From Desulfatiglandales bacterium (GTDB taxonomy: Bacteria; Desulfobacterota; DSM-4660; Desulfatiglandales; Desulfatiglandaceae): DNA of 64,000 bases. Location of the stretch: assembly GCA_963662465.1 (NCBI GenBank), contig OY759599.1:3584001-3648000 (forward strand), written 5' to 3'. A model generated the notes under the pieces. That model made no database searches and was not told where the DNA came from. It worked only from the letters and a program-made list of their open reading frames with translations. The position numbers and the translations under genes were made by a program. Of the stretch, positions 1-9,860 are shown piece after piece. How positions within the stretch are numbered: position 1 is the first letter of the stretch; every line of letters starts with the position of its first letter.

Positions 1-92
1 TCTACTTGCAAGACTTATTATGCAGAACTACAAGTTGAAGGGCAAGTACGATTGTAACTATTTGATTTAACTGAAAAGTAAACCGGACAGCA

Positions 93-314
93 ATGAAGGC
101 AGATCTTTCAGGCCTGGATTTTCCTTTTGACAGACCGTATTTGAGTTTTTTCAACAGGTGTATGGTTGCTCTGCGAGCAATAGATGCATTTCTTCGCATT
201 CCTCCGAATGATAAGCATGTTGTGCGCATGATTCGTCGGCTTAGGAGGATCGCTTCGAAGGTTTCTTGTGAAGTGCCCTTTCGTCAAACTGTCAAACAGT
301 TGCACCGCCGTGCT
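93..314 (+). pseudogene. 5' part of a transposase-like gene interrupted by the IS21-family element
   Basis: Frame KADLSGLDFPFDRPY...QLHRRA continues in frame into 5047 (ALFDELRNQLRLAKE) once the element and one CCGTGCT copy are removed. Confidence 0.7.
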
Positions 315-575
315 CTTGGGCGCTAACCAAAATGGAACCAGTTTTGCTACTCCAAACGGAACCAGATATTGCGCACTGGTCTTTTCCTTTTAGAAGGGTT
401 TTCTTGTAAATTTGTTAGAGGTTGCATGAAAGAGTATATCAGATGGTATTTTAAAAATGCTGGTGAGACACGTAGCGTTCTGGTTGAAGAATCAGTGATG
501 AGGATACCATCAATATGGTGATGGCAGAGAAGAGGGGATTAGATTTTTCGGTTAAGGGCAATGCTTATTGAGGAA

Positions 576-773
576 CTATTTGTCTATGTCATAGTCGTCC
601 GGTAAATTCAGGAGGCCTCCCTTCGCCAATTGATCCTCAATCAAATATCCAATTTCCCCGTTTTTTTTCAGCTGTAGAATCATCCATTTGGGGAGACGAA
701 TGGTGAGCAGTTCACGTCTCAAATGTTCCGGTTTCTTTCTTCGGCCGGCGCCTACCCGTTTTCCACCTCTCAT
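576..773 (-). CDS. Small basic putative DNA-binding protein (passenger)
   Basis: GGKRVGAGRRKKP basic motif followed by a ribbon-helix-helix-like segment (TIRLPKW); start codon uncertain. Confidence 0.5.
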   Translation of the reverse strand: MRGGKRVGAGRRKKPEHLRRELLTIRLPKWMILQLKKNGEIGYLIEDQLAKGGLLNLPDDYDIDK

Positions 774-871
774 TTCAAGCTCCAAGACAAGGTAATTTCT
801 GATATTCGTGTAACGAGATTCAAACAGACCGGTGATATTCAGACCTCAAAACCGGCCCTTTGGCGAACATC

Positions 872-1591
872 TCATTTTCTGAGGGAAGGACCATCAATAT
901 GAATGTTGATGCAGCGATGGTTGAGACGATCCAGCAAGGCATCGACCATGTCCTTTGGTTCAAGCAGCGAATACCATTGTTCAGGTTGAAGATTGGTCGT
1001 AATAATTGTGGACCGACCGGCTTCATAGCGATCTTTCATGAGTTTAAAAAAGGCGTTCATCTGCTCTTTTTTGAGGGTCAGGTATCCCAGTTCATCGAGC
1101 AGAAGCAGGTCATATCTGCAAAGGGCATTGAGGAGTTTCGGGGTGGACCGATCTGCCAAAGACGCATAGAGCTGATCCAGCAAATCCTGAACATTATAAA
1201 AACGCCCCCGGTACCCGGCAATAATGGCTTGACGAAGGATCCCCACGGCCAATCCCGTTTTGCCGACGCCGGTTTTTCCATGGAACACGATGTTTTCTCT
1301 TCGGCTGATAAAGTCAAGGCCGGACAACGTCATGATCCGGCTCTTCTGTATTCCCGGCTGAAGATCAAACGGAAAGGAGTTGAGGGTCCATTCCCATGGA
1401 AGCTTTGCAATCTGGACCCGATAGATCATGCTGCGCTCCTGCCGGAAACGTAATTCCTCAGCCAGGAGATTGTAGATGACCTCGTGAATGGAAAAACCGT
1501 TCTTTTCAGCCGAAGCCAACTGTTCTTCGAGAGCCTTCAGCATGCCTTTAAACTTCAAATCAATGAGTAACTGTTCAATTTTCTTTTTCAT
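872..1591 (-). CDS. istB: IS21-family helper AAA+ ATPase IstB
   Basis: Walker A GKTGVGKT, Walker B LLLLDELGY, IITTN, ALLDRL; overlaps the istA stop. Confidence 0.95.
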   Translation of the reverse strand: MKKKIEQLLIDLKFKGMLKALEEQLASAEKNGFSIHEVIYNLLAEELRFRQERSMIYRVQIAKLPWEWTLNSFPFDLQPGIQKSRIMTLSGLDFISRRENIVFHGKTGVGKTGLAVGILRQAIIAGYRGRFYNVQDLLDQLYASLADRSTPKLLNALCRYDLLLLDELGYLTLKKEQMNAFFKLMKDRYEAGRSTIITTNLQPEQWYSLLEPKDMVDALLDRLNHRCINIHIDGPSLRK

Positions 1592-2970
1592 AGATCAAAA
1601 AAGTCTCCCGCGATATAATCGAGAATAATGTTTTCCAGACGCGACAAATCAAAAAGTCCATATTTAAGCGCCTGTGTTATGGCTTTCAAAAAAGGTTCCC
1701 CGGGATAAGTGCGTTTCAGATGAAGCAACCGACGTAACTTGACCACACCGCGACCGTGACTTCTTTTCTTCAGTTCAGCCACATACTCATCCAGGATGGC
1801 ATCCTCTCCCGTCAACAGCTGTTCTTCTTTTGAAGGGATTCGGGGATCTTTTTTTCTTCGAATGGGAACATGGTGACCGGGCAGGGTTGTTCGGGTGTTG
1901 CGTTTATCCAGTATGCGGTCATGTTCCGCCACTTTTGTGTTTTTGTCGTAAACGATGACCTTGAGCCAATGTTTCTGTACTTCCAGGGAGTTCCCAATCA
2001 GCGCTTCAGGGACTGAATAGCGGTTGGTGTCCAAGTGCACATATCCCTGAACATCGGCTACCCTGTGTTCTGCCACATAGACTGGCGGCTGGTATGCCGG
2101 TAAATCAATGAGATATGGCTTTTCAATGACATAGGCCTCATCCGGCGTCATCCCTAAAGCCCGTTTAAACTTTTTATCGCTTGTATTCCGGCACCAGTCG
2201 ATTGCCTGCCGGTTCAAATCCTGCCAGCTAACAAATGTTCTACCGGGAAGAAAATTGTTTTCCACAAAATGAAAAGGCCTTTCCACACGGGCACTTCGAT
2301 TGGCGTCTCCTACAGCATGGGCCTCAAACCGGGTTCCATACATATCGCCGAAGTATTTCATTTCAGGCGCAATCAATGCATCAGGCCCGGTGCCGCCGGC
2401 CACAATAACATTGGTGTTGTCAACCATGCACCGGGAACACACCCCGTCCATAAACTCGAATGCTTTTTTTAGGAAAACCTTGCACTCAAACCGGGTAAAA
2501 CAGGGGTAATACTGAATAAAAATCCTTCGGCAAAAGGCCAGGGTCAGGGACGCGCACTGGGTCGACATTTTTTTCCCATTAATGACAACCAGATGGGGTG
2601 ACGTATCATGCTGCATCTCCTGACCGGGTTTAAAATGGTATTGGCCCGCCCGTCTTTTTTTACGTTCCCGGATCTCGTACTTTCTCATAATCCAGGTCAG
2701 ACTCTGATAAGGGATTTTGATCTGTTGGCGGCTTTCCAGTTCCTCGGCTACTCGCACGGCATTTCCTTTACATTCCTTGAAAAGCTCGCGGATCAACGGG
2801 ACATGTTCTTCATACCGGGAGTTCCTTTGGGGTACCGCCTCTTCGTCATGATCATCTAAAACCTTCGTGACGGTATTGCGACCGGCCTTCAGGGTTTTGG
2901 CGATGTCGCGCAAACTCATGCCGGTTTTTTTCAATTCCACAATGGCATCTTTTTTGGATTGTCGGATCAT
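1588..2970 (-). CDS. istA: IS21-family DDE transposase IstA
   Basis: N-terminal HTH, PGQEMQHD, VDN, RVERPF catalytic segments, C-terminal NRYSVP. Confidence 0.95.
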   Translation of the reverse strand: MIRQSKKDAIVELKKTGMSLRDIAKTLKAGRNTVTKVLDDHDEEAVPQRNSRYEEHVPLIRELFKECKGNAVRVAEELESRQQIKIPYQSLTWIMRKYEIRERKKRRAGQYHFKPGQEMQHDTSPHLVVINGKKMSTQCASLTLAFCRRIFIQYYPCFTRFECKVFLKKAFEFMDGVCSRCMVDNTNVIVAGGTGPDALIAPEMKYFGDMYGTRFEAHAVGDANRSARVERPFHFVENNFLPGRTFVSWQDLNRQAIDWCRNTSDKKFKRALGMTPDEAYVIEKPYLIDLPAYQPPVYVAEHRVADVQGYVHLDTNRYSVPEALIGNSLEVQKHWLKVIVYDKNTKVAEHDRILDKRNTRTTLPGHHVPIRRKKDPRIPSKEEQLLTGEDAILDEYVAELKKRSHGRGVVKLRRLLHLKRTYPGEPFLKAITQALKYGLFDLSRLENIILDYIAGDFFDL

Positions 2971-3851
2971 AATTGGGTCGCTTTCTTGAGTTCCAGTGCT
3001 TGTTTTTCTATCTTTTTCACCCAGGTTTTGAGCGTTTGTTTCTTCAACTGATCGCTTTTTGGGTAATGGACATGCGAAACGGTTTTCACCAGACGTTTGA
3101 GAACCGCATATGCCATTTCAATATCCTTGAACCATTTGCCTTCCGGTCCATCATGAACTTCTTTGGCTTGTTTAGACTGGGTTCTTTGTTCGAGAACTTT
3201 TATGAAAAGGGATGGATTTTCCAGCATGTGGTCTCGAACAGACCGGTTGCTTTTCTGGTAATGTGCGTAGAAACGGGCCAGTTCCCTTGTGGATAGAGGT
3301 TCTTTTTCCAGGTGGGCCAACAGTTTTTGTGCGTCTTCACCGTTGGCGCGCGCCAACGGCGCCATGACACGGCCGGCAGCCCAGGTTGAAAGTGAGCCTG
3401 CAATCACGGTTCTCAAAATATTTTCCGGCAGGGCTTCAACCAGGTCCAGCCGCCGTTTTACAAAACTCTTGTCGCGCCCTATTCGGGTTGCAATATGGGA
3501 GAGGCTGCACCCAAAACGCCGATGTAATTCCTGAAGTAAAACAGACTGCTCAATGACTTCCCATTGCCGTTCATTGGCCTTGGTTAAAAGCGAAAACATG
3601 GCATTTTGTTCGTTTTCTTTTGAGAATTGGACACATATCCGGTCCTTTCCACAAGCACAAAGCGCTCGAACACGCAGGTAGCCATCAATCAGAATCAGTT
3701 TGTCTTTTTCTTCAATAGCCAGGGCCGGAACGATCTGCCCGTAAGTTTCGATGGAATCCCTCAATCGCTTTAAAGCCTGGTGATTCATTATCCGGCAATG
3801 AGCGTAACGCAACTCCAGCAAATGAATATCAACGGTTCGGATGGATTCCAT
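2967..3851 (-). CDS. ParB/Spo0J N-terminal domain protein with HTH
   Basis: SIETYGQIVP and LIDGYLRVRAL ParB-like boxes, HTH (LSHIATRIGRDKSFVKRRL); 4-nt overlap with the istA start. Confidence 0.85.
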   Translation of the reverse strand: MESIRTVDIHLLELRYAHCRIMNHQALKRLRDSIETYGQIVPALAIEEKDKLILIDGYLRVRALCACGKDRICVQFSKENEQNAMFSLLTKANERQWEVIEQSVLLQELHRRFGCSLSHIATRIGRDKSFVKRRLDLVEALPENILRTVIAGSLSTWAAGRVMAPLARANGEDAQKLLAHLEKEPLSTRELARFYAHYQKSNRSVRDHMLENPSLFIKVLEQRTQSKQAKEVHDGPEGKWFKDIEMAYAVLKRLVKTVSHVHYPKSDQLKKQTLKTWVKKIEKQALELKKATQL

Positions 3852-4248
3852 ACCCAGTCTCCCGAAAGATTTCCTCTATGGTTTCTCCAAGACTGACCCA
3901 ATTTCCTTGCCGGATCTCCTTTACCTGTTTCACAATCACAGGACGTCTGGGAAGCGAAAGAACCTGAAACAGACGGCCATCAAACCCAATCAGATCCTTG
4001 TCCAACAAGCCATCGCGGGCATCGATATATTGATCCAAATGCACCTTTAAAATCCGGCAGATTCTGTCGTAACCATAATAAGAGAGCCCGTTTTTGTCAG
4101 ATACCAACACCAGAAAAATGTAGAGCAGCAGCTCATGATGATTCAGGCTCTCCCAAAAGCCGTTTCTCAAAAAACGATGCTCCAGAAAGCCGAAGCTTCC
4201 ATTGATGACACGCACTCTTTCGGGAAAAAGGACTCTTTTTTTGATCAT
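3829..4248 (-). CDS. Putative winged-HTH protein
   Basis: 139-aa ORF (LLYIFLVLVSDKNGLSYYGYDRICRIL) overlapping the ParB start; resembles replication-type HTH proteins. Confidence 0.6.
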   Translation of the reverse strand: MIKKRVLFPERVRVINGSFGFLEHRFLRNGFWESLNHHELLLYIFLVLVSDKNGLSYYGYDRICRILKVHLDQYIDARDGLLDKDLIGFDGRLFQVLSLPRRPVIVKQVKEIRQGNWVSLGETIEEIFRETGYGIHPNR

Positions 4249-4260
4249 TTTTTTCTCCTG

Positions 4261-4704
4261 TCATGGATATGGGGTTTTCTCAAAGCCTGTTACATCTGAA
4301 AAAACCCTCCCTGCATAAGCACGGCGAGGAAAATGGTCCACAACAACCCCGATCGACCCGCAAAAAAGACAGCTGGGTCGGTTCCCCGACCGCTTTTTGG
4401 GTTCAATATCACAGTCTTTTTGAGGTGTTGAACTATCATCACCAGGGTTCAGTCCATTTTTTTTGGATTTTTTTGTTTTTTCGTACAAACGACGGCGCTC
4501 TTTCCCTTTTTTCGAATTGCGGTATTTCCCCTGAGCTTTCCGGTGCAGCTGTCTTTGGCGTATCCTGCGACATCGTTCCCCACAATAGGCCTGGCCACGC
4601 CAACACGACCGACAGACGTGAAAAAAGCAACCACAACATCGGCATTGAACCACTCTTAAAAGGACATCTCCCATCATTCCGGCCTTGCAATTGGCCGGAA
4701 ACAC
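4261..4704 (-). CDS. Cys-rich putative zinc-binding protein
   Basis: CRCC...CRSC...YCGERC and C-terminal CLFC motifs, basic central helix; first gene of the element operon; start uncertain. Confidence 0.6.
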   Translation of the reverse strand: MFPANCKAGMMGDVLLRVVQCRCCGCFFHVCRSCWRGQAYCGERCRRIRQRQLHRKAQGKYRNSKKGKERRRLYEKTKKSKKNGLNPGDDSSTPQKDCDIEPKKRSGNRPSCLFCGSIGVVVDHFPRRAYAGRVFSDVTGFEKTPYP

Positions 4705-5039
4705 ACTTATATAAAATTGGCGTGTGTGTGGCTTCCGGCTCTATCCGGTGGTCAAAAAAGAAGGCCCGAAGCGGCTACTTCGGGCCTTCACCATCCATTC
4801 TACAAAGTAAATCGCATTTCCACTTAACCAAGCCTCTGTCTTGGAAGAAGAAAACCAAATCCAAAGAAAATAGATTTTATAAAAATTTATTGAAAAGTAA
4901 ATCTACATCAACGACTCCTTTGCCGCCACTTATGGATCCCTCATCGTCCGCTATACCTGAGGGCCGTACTCACCGGCGGTGACAGCCAATGGTTCAATTT
5001 CCATTAGCAAACTTGGTTCAGTTTTGATTAGCGTTGAAG

Positions 5040-5697
5040 CCGTGCTGCTTTATTCGATGAGCTGCGAAATCAATTGCGGTTGGCAAAAGAACTCCCGGAT
5101 AAGGAATCAATAGAAGACCTTAACGAGATGCGGTATCAGTTTGAAACATGGACGACTGCCCTTAAAGATCGCCGGCCAAAACGAGGCCCGGGAAAAGATA
5201 TTCGGGAAGCTATTGATATTATAATCAAACATATTGACACGCATGGTGATAGTCTTTGGGGGCACAGCATATGTTTGCCGGAAAGAACAGGCGGCGGCAT
5301 ACGGCTTATGAGTCGAACCAACGAACTGCTCGAAAACTTCTTTGGAACAATGAAGCATGGAGAACGACGGCGCAGTGGACGGAAAAATCTTGGTCAGGAT
5401 CTGGAACATCTACCGGCAGAAGCGGCTCTGGCATATAATCTGGAACACGCCGATTACGTCAATATAGTTTGTGGATCGATCGATCAGCTTCCTCTTGCAT
5501 TCGCGCAATTAGATATGGAAAACCGGAATAGGAAGAATAAATGGCTGCCTTCCCAAGAAATTGTGAATCTTAAAAAAGAGCTTCAGCTTTCTACAGCATC
5601 TCTATCGACAGCAGATAGACGTTTGGTTAGGACGGATCAGATGAATCATCGCATCAAGAAAGCAGCCAGTAGCCGTGCTCCTCGCACATTGCAGTGA
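5040..5697 (+). pseudogene. 3' part of the interrupted transposase-like gene
   Basis: RTNELLENFFGTMKHGERRRSGRK resembles a DDE C-terminal catalytic helix; in frame with 93-314. Confidence 0.7.
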
Positions 5698-5776
5698 GGC
5701 TAAAGCTGCTGATGGATCCAACCGTATAATGACGCTTTAGAAAATGGGATATCCATAAGCAGGGGACTCAAATCCC

Positions 5777-6586
5777 CTATTCGATGATCTCTTTCAACAA
5801 ATCTCTGCTATCGAGCATCAACACCCATCCTTCGATTTCCCCATCGATTCTGAGGAGTGAAACCGTCATTTGAACAAAGGTGTTGTTCACGACAACCGCA
5901 AAGGATTTTCGTCTTAATTGCATGTTTTGCGCTACCGCTTTCAGCCCGAACAATATTTTCTTTTTTTCATTTGCCGGGAAAACCGTGGTGATGCGACGCG
6001 ACAGCAGATTTGAAAACGGTTGGTTCAGAATATCCAAACAGAGCGCATTCACAAAAACGATTCGGGCGTCTCTTTCAATGACGATGATGCCCATGCCCGC
6101 ACTTTCAACAATCCCCTGCTGGAAACTCAAAGACTCCAGCAAATCCACCGTCGCCTGCCTGCGAAAGACCTTCTCCTGATCAAACAGATCTCGATCCGTC
6201 AATGAAAGAAAGGGGGCGCCTTCAATGAATTCCATAAATCTGCCCACATAATCAGTCATTTTCTCAATGGGCTGTTTCTGAAAATAATAGTCCGCACCCA
6301 CATTTTTCTGCAACTCCCGCAGTTCGATAATGGAATCCGACATGCCAATAATGGAAAACTCGGCATCTGCATATTTCTCGCGAATAAAATGAATGAATTG
6401 TCTGCCGTCAATTCTGGGCATGAGAATATTGATGAAGATGTAATCCACCATTCGACTTTCCAACGCTGATATGCCCTGTTTGCCGTCATAGGCCTGAACG
6501 ACATCGTACCCCCGTTCCTTCAGCAACTCTCCAAGAAACTTCACAAAAAAGAAATCATTATCGACAATTAAGGCAGTTTCCGGCAT
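5777..6586 (-). CDS. Atypical response regulator (receiver + PAS)
   Basis: Receiver fold LIVDND...FINILMPRIDG (phospho-Asp position appears to be Asn); C-terminal PAS (IVFVN). Confidence 0.8.
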   Translation of the reverse strand: MPETALIVDNDFFFVKFLGELLKERGYDVVQAYDGKQGISALESRMVDYIFINILMPRIDGRQFIHFIREKYADAEFSIIGMSDSIIELRELQKNVGADYYFQKQPIEKMTDYVGRFMEFIEGAPFLSLTDRDLFDQEKVFRRQATVDLLESLSFQQGIVESAGMGIIVIERDARIVFVNALCLDILNQPFSNLLSRRITTVFPANEKKKILFGLKAVAQNMQLRRKSFAVVVNNTFVQMTVSLLRIDGEIEGWVLMLDSRDLLKEIIE

Positions 6587-6646
6587 ATTGAACCTCGGTT
6601 TAATCGGAACCTATTGATCCCTGCAATTTTCTACCGCATTTGCGTT

Positions 6647-8986
6647 TTAGCTAATGCAAACGCGACGCACCTCGCTGATATCCGTCAGCCCTTTAAAAAC
6701 CTTCGAAATGCCATCCTGCGTCAAGGTTGTCATCCCTTCCTTCAACGCCTGGGCTAAAAGGACATCCAGGGGCGCTCGCTCTTTTATCAGCTGCTTAATG
6801 GGGGGCGTACCCTCCATGAGTTCATGAATCACGATTCGCCCCTTGTACCCGGTTTGTGAACAATCTTCACAACCCACCGGTTTATAAAGTAAAAGATCTT
6901 CGGAATATTCAATTCCCGTCTCTTTAAAATATTCAAGACCGTAATCCTTGGCAATCTCCTCAAAGACTTCCCTGGAGGGATGATACGCCTTTCGGCAGGA
7001 GAGACACAACCTTCGAATCAACCGCTGGGCTAGAACGCACAGAAACGCGTCTGAAAAATTAAGGGTGTTCAACCCCATATCCAGCAATCTGGCGACGGTC
7101 TCCGGCGCGCTGTTGGTGTGCAATGTCGAGAACACCAGATGTCCCGTCAACGATGCCTCCACGGCAATGGATGCGGTCTCATAATCCCGCATTTCACCGA
7201 TCATAATCACATCGGGATCCGCTCGCAGAAAGGCACGCATGACCCGGGCAAAATCGAGACCAATTTTGGGTTTCACCTCCACCTGGCTCATACCCGGCTG
7301 GGTGATTTCAACGGGATCCTCAGCCGTCCATATTTTAATGCCCGGTTGATTGATGACCCCAAGCGCCGCATGCAGGGCGGTGGTTTTGCCGCTTCCCGTT
7401 GGGCCTGCCGCCAATATCAAGCCGTGGGGCTGATGGATGGTTTTTTTGAGGACCTGAAGGTTTCGGTCGTTGAGACCCATATCCTCCAACTTCATGGCGC
7501 CGGGATCGGCCAGTATCCGCAGTGCAGCGGACTCAAAACCGCCCGTGGTGGGAAGGGTGGCCAACCTCAATTCAAACGGACGAATGCCTTTCCGGTTGAA
7601 TTTTATTTTTCCATCCTGGGGCAGCCGTTTCTCCGCAATATCCAAACCCGCCATAATCTTGATCCGGGACAGCATTCCCCTGGCCATACTGATGGGCGCC
7701 TCGATATAATTTTGGCAAACCCCGTCCGTTCGAAAACGGATATGGGTCTTTTTTGAAATAGTGGAGGGTTCGATATGAATATCCGATGCGTTATTCCGAA
7801 AGGCAGTGACGAAAACCTGATCAATCAATTTAACGATTTTACTTGAAGACTCGTCAAGCGTATCCTCTACCTCTTCTTCCACCTCTTCCTCAAAGCTGAC
7901 AAAGGACATCATATCCAGCTCTTCGAGCATATCATCATCAGGCTTTTCAGGTTTATTTTCAAAAAAATGTTGAATAAATCGCTCAATATCCTCCCTGATA
8001 CCCACCGAAAACTCAATCCGGTTGGCTTTCATCAATCCGGTGACCTGATCGATTTTCCTGAGATCCCTGGGATCATCCATGAGAATTTCCAAGCCCTTTT
8101 TGCCCCAGCTCAGGGGAACCCATCCGGCGTGTAACAGATAGGGCTGTTTTAAATTGCTGATGATCTCGACCGGAACCGGTAAATCCGCATCAAAACTTCG
8201 AAAAGGGCAATCATAGAATTCCGAAAGGGATTTCCCGATGGCATCCCGGCTGATTTTGAAATGATCGATCAGCACGAATTCCACGCTTTTGTCCATTTTT
8301 TTGGAAAGGGTCAACGCCTGTTGAAGCTGGGAAATCGTTACAATCCGCTGTTTGAGAAGATAACTGTACCTCGACCCCGGAGCAACCGCCGACATGCCGA
8401 GTTTAAGTTTCTGTGCGATCTCCCGGTTGGCGGGGTCCAGCTTAGAAGCGGATTTGAATTGCGACAGCGCCAGGTCCTTGTGCCCTCCGTGTTCCAGTTG
8501 AAGCCCCAGCGAATAATGAATCTGGGCCAGCTGCGAACCCTGAAGGCCCAGCTTGTGGACGGCCTTAAAGACCCTTTCCACGGCCTTATCCGGAGAAACC
8601 AGATTCAGCAGGCATTCCACAAAATCCGGAATAATTTTGATCACCGGATAATCTGTTTCAAACAGCTTTTCATATTCAGAGATAGACTCATTCATCAGAC
8701 CCAGTTGCTTGAAGGCCAGTGCATTATCCAGTATGCCGCTTTGCCCATCCACGGCAATGGCTTCCTTGATGACCGAAATATCCTCCTGGGAAATCTCGGG
8801 GACGTACCTTTCCTGACTGCCCATTTCCTTCTTCAGAACCCGAACCGTTCCGAGGATAATTTCCATACGGTCGGGTGCAAGCTTCGGCAGCACCGCCAGA
8901 ATTTCATCGTAAACAATCAAGGATTCCTTAAGCAACCCCATGGACCGATAAATTTCAGCTTCTTTTATTCTGATATCAACATCCAT
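6647..8986 (-). CDS. GspE/PilB-family secretion ATPase with N-terminal TPR region
   Basis: ASDIHIEP, RLPQDGKI, Walker A GPTGSGKTT, RADPDVIMIGEMRD, CxxC zinc motifs; TPR-like N-terminus. Confidence 0.92.
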   Translation of the reverse strand: MDVDIRIKEAEIYRSMGLLKESLIVYDEILAVLPKLAPDRMEIILGTVRVLKKEMGSQERYVPEISQEDISVIKEAIAVDGQSGILDNALAFKQLGLMNESISEYEKLFETDYPVIKIIPDFVECLLNLVSPDKAVERVFKAVHKLGLQGSQLAQIHYSLGLQLEHGGHKDLALSQFKSASKLDPANREIAQKLKLGMSAVAPGSRYSYLLKQRIVTISQLQQALTLSKKMDKSVEFVLIDHFKISRDAIGKSLSEFYDCPFRSFDADLPVPVEIISNLKQPYLLHAGWVPLSWGKKGLEILMDDPRDLRKIDQVTGLMKANRIEFSVGIREDIERFIQHFFENKPEKPDDDMLEELDMMSFVSFEEEVEEEVEDTLDESSSKIVKLIDQVFVTAFRNNASDIHIEPSTISKKTHIRFRTDGVCQNYIEAPISMARGMLSRIKIMAGLDIAEKRLPQDGKIKFNRKGIRPFELRLATLPTTGGFESAALRILADPGAMKLEDMGLNDRNLQVLKKTIHQPHGLILAAGPTGSGKTTALHAALGVINQPGIKIWTAEDPVEITQPGMSQVEVKPKIGLDFARVMRAFLRADPDVIMIGEMRDYETASIAVEASLTGHLVFSTLHTNSAPETVARLLDMGLNTLNFSDAFLCVLAQRLIRRLCLSCRKAYHPSREVFEEIAKDYGLEYFKETGIEYSEDLLLYKPVGCEDCSQTGYKGRIVIHELMEGTPPIKQLIKERAPLDVLLAQALKEGMTTLTQDGISKVFKGLTDISEVRRVCIS

Positions 8987-9239
8987 TTTCCACTCTCACA
9001 AAATTCAAAACGATCAGCACACTGTGATGAGACTAAAAAAACCGCCAATCTGTGTCAAGATTTAAGTTCCGGCGATGCACTTTACAGAAGTTGCTTGACG
9101 AGCTTTGTTTTTTTTGCATATGCTTTTACCCGGATTCCGTGCCATACTTAGGTTTGGCACCAAACTTGCTTATTCAATACCAAAATTAAAAATATTATGA
9201 TATTCATTGATAAATTGAGAAAATTCGGAGTGCGATTAC

Positions 9240-9845
9240 ATGGCCAACCTTAACTTTAAAACCAAAGAGATGGAATGCAAAATCGTGTTCTATGGTCCCG
9301 GAAGGGGCGGAAAAACCACAAACCTGGAATATATTTTCAAAACCTACCGAAAACAAACCACCGGAGAAATGATTTCCATCAATACAAAGGGAGACCGTAC
9401 CCTCTTCTTTGATTTCCTCCCCCTGAAACTCGGGAAAATACGCGGGTACGACGTACGGGTGAAACTTTACACGGTTCCCGGACAAGTGCGGTATGATGCC
9501 ACCAGAAAAGTTGTTTTGAGAGGCGTTGATGGGTTGGTCTTTGTGGCCGATTCCATGCTTCTCAGGCGTGAACACAACATTTTATCTTTGCAGAACCTTC
9601 AAAAAAACCTTGGCGGATACGGCTTGAAAATTTCGCAAATCCCACTGGTTTTGCAATACAACAAAAGGGATCTGGCAAAAGACGGCATTCGCCTTTTGTC
9701 CGTTGAAACCCTGGAACAGGACCTGAACAGACAATTGAAAGTCCCCTCTTTTTCCGCCAGCGCCTTCAATGGTCAAGGCGTGGGCGCCACCCTGAAAGAG
9801 TGCCTGAAGCTAACCCTGGAATCCCTCCAAAACACACTGGCGTAG
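9240..9845 (+). CDS. mglA: MglA-like small GTPase
   Basis: KIVFYGPGRGGKTTN, RTLFFDFLPL, YTVPGQ, VFVADS, QYNKRD. Confidence 0.88.
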   Translation: MANLNFKTKEMECKIVFYGPGRGGKTTNLEYIFKTYRKQTTGEMISINTKGDRTLFFDFLPLKLGKIRGYDVRVKLYTVPGQVRYDATRKVVLRGVDGLVFVADSMLLRREHNILSLQNLQKNLGGYGLKISQIPLVLQYNKRDLAKDGIRLLSVETLEQDLNRQLKVPSFSASAFNGQGVGATLKECLKLTLESLQNTLA

Positions 9846-9860
9846 AGAGGAAACAATGGT

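Larger units (their letters stand above)
315..5039 (-). mobile_element. Extended IS21-family element with accessory genes
   Basis: Imperfect terminal IRs (left CTTGGGCGCTAACCAAAATGGAACCA; right reverse complement CTTCAACGCTAATCAAAACTGAACCA), each with a second internal AAANNGAACCA repeat; 7-bp direct repeat CCGTGCT at 308-314 and 5040-5046; contains istA and istB. Confidence 0.9.
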
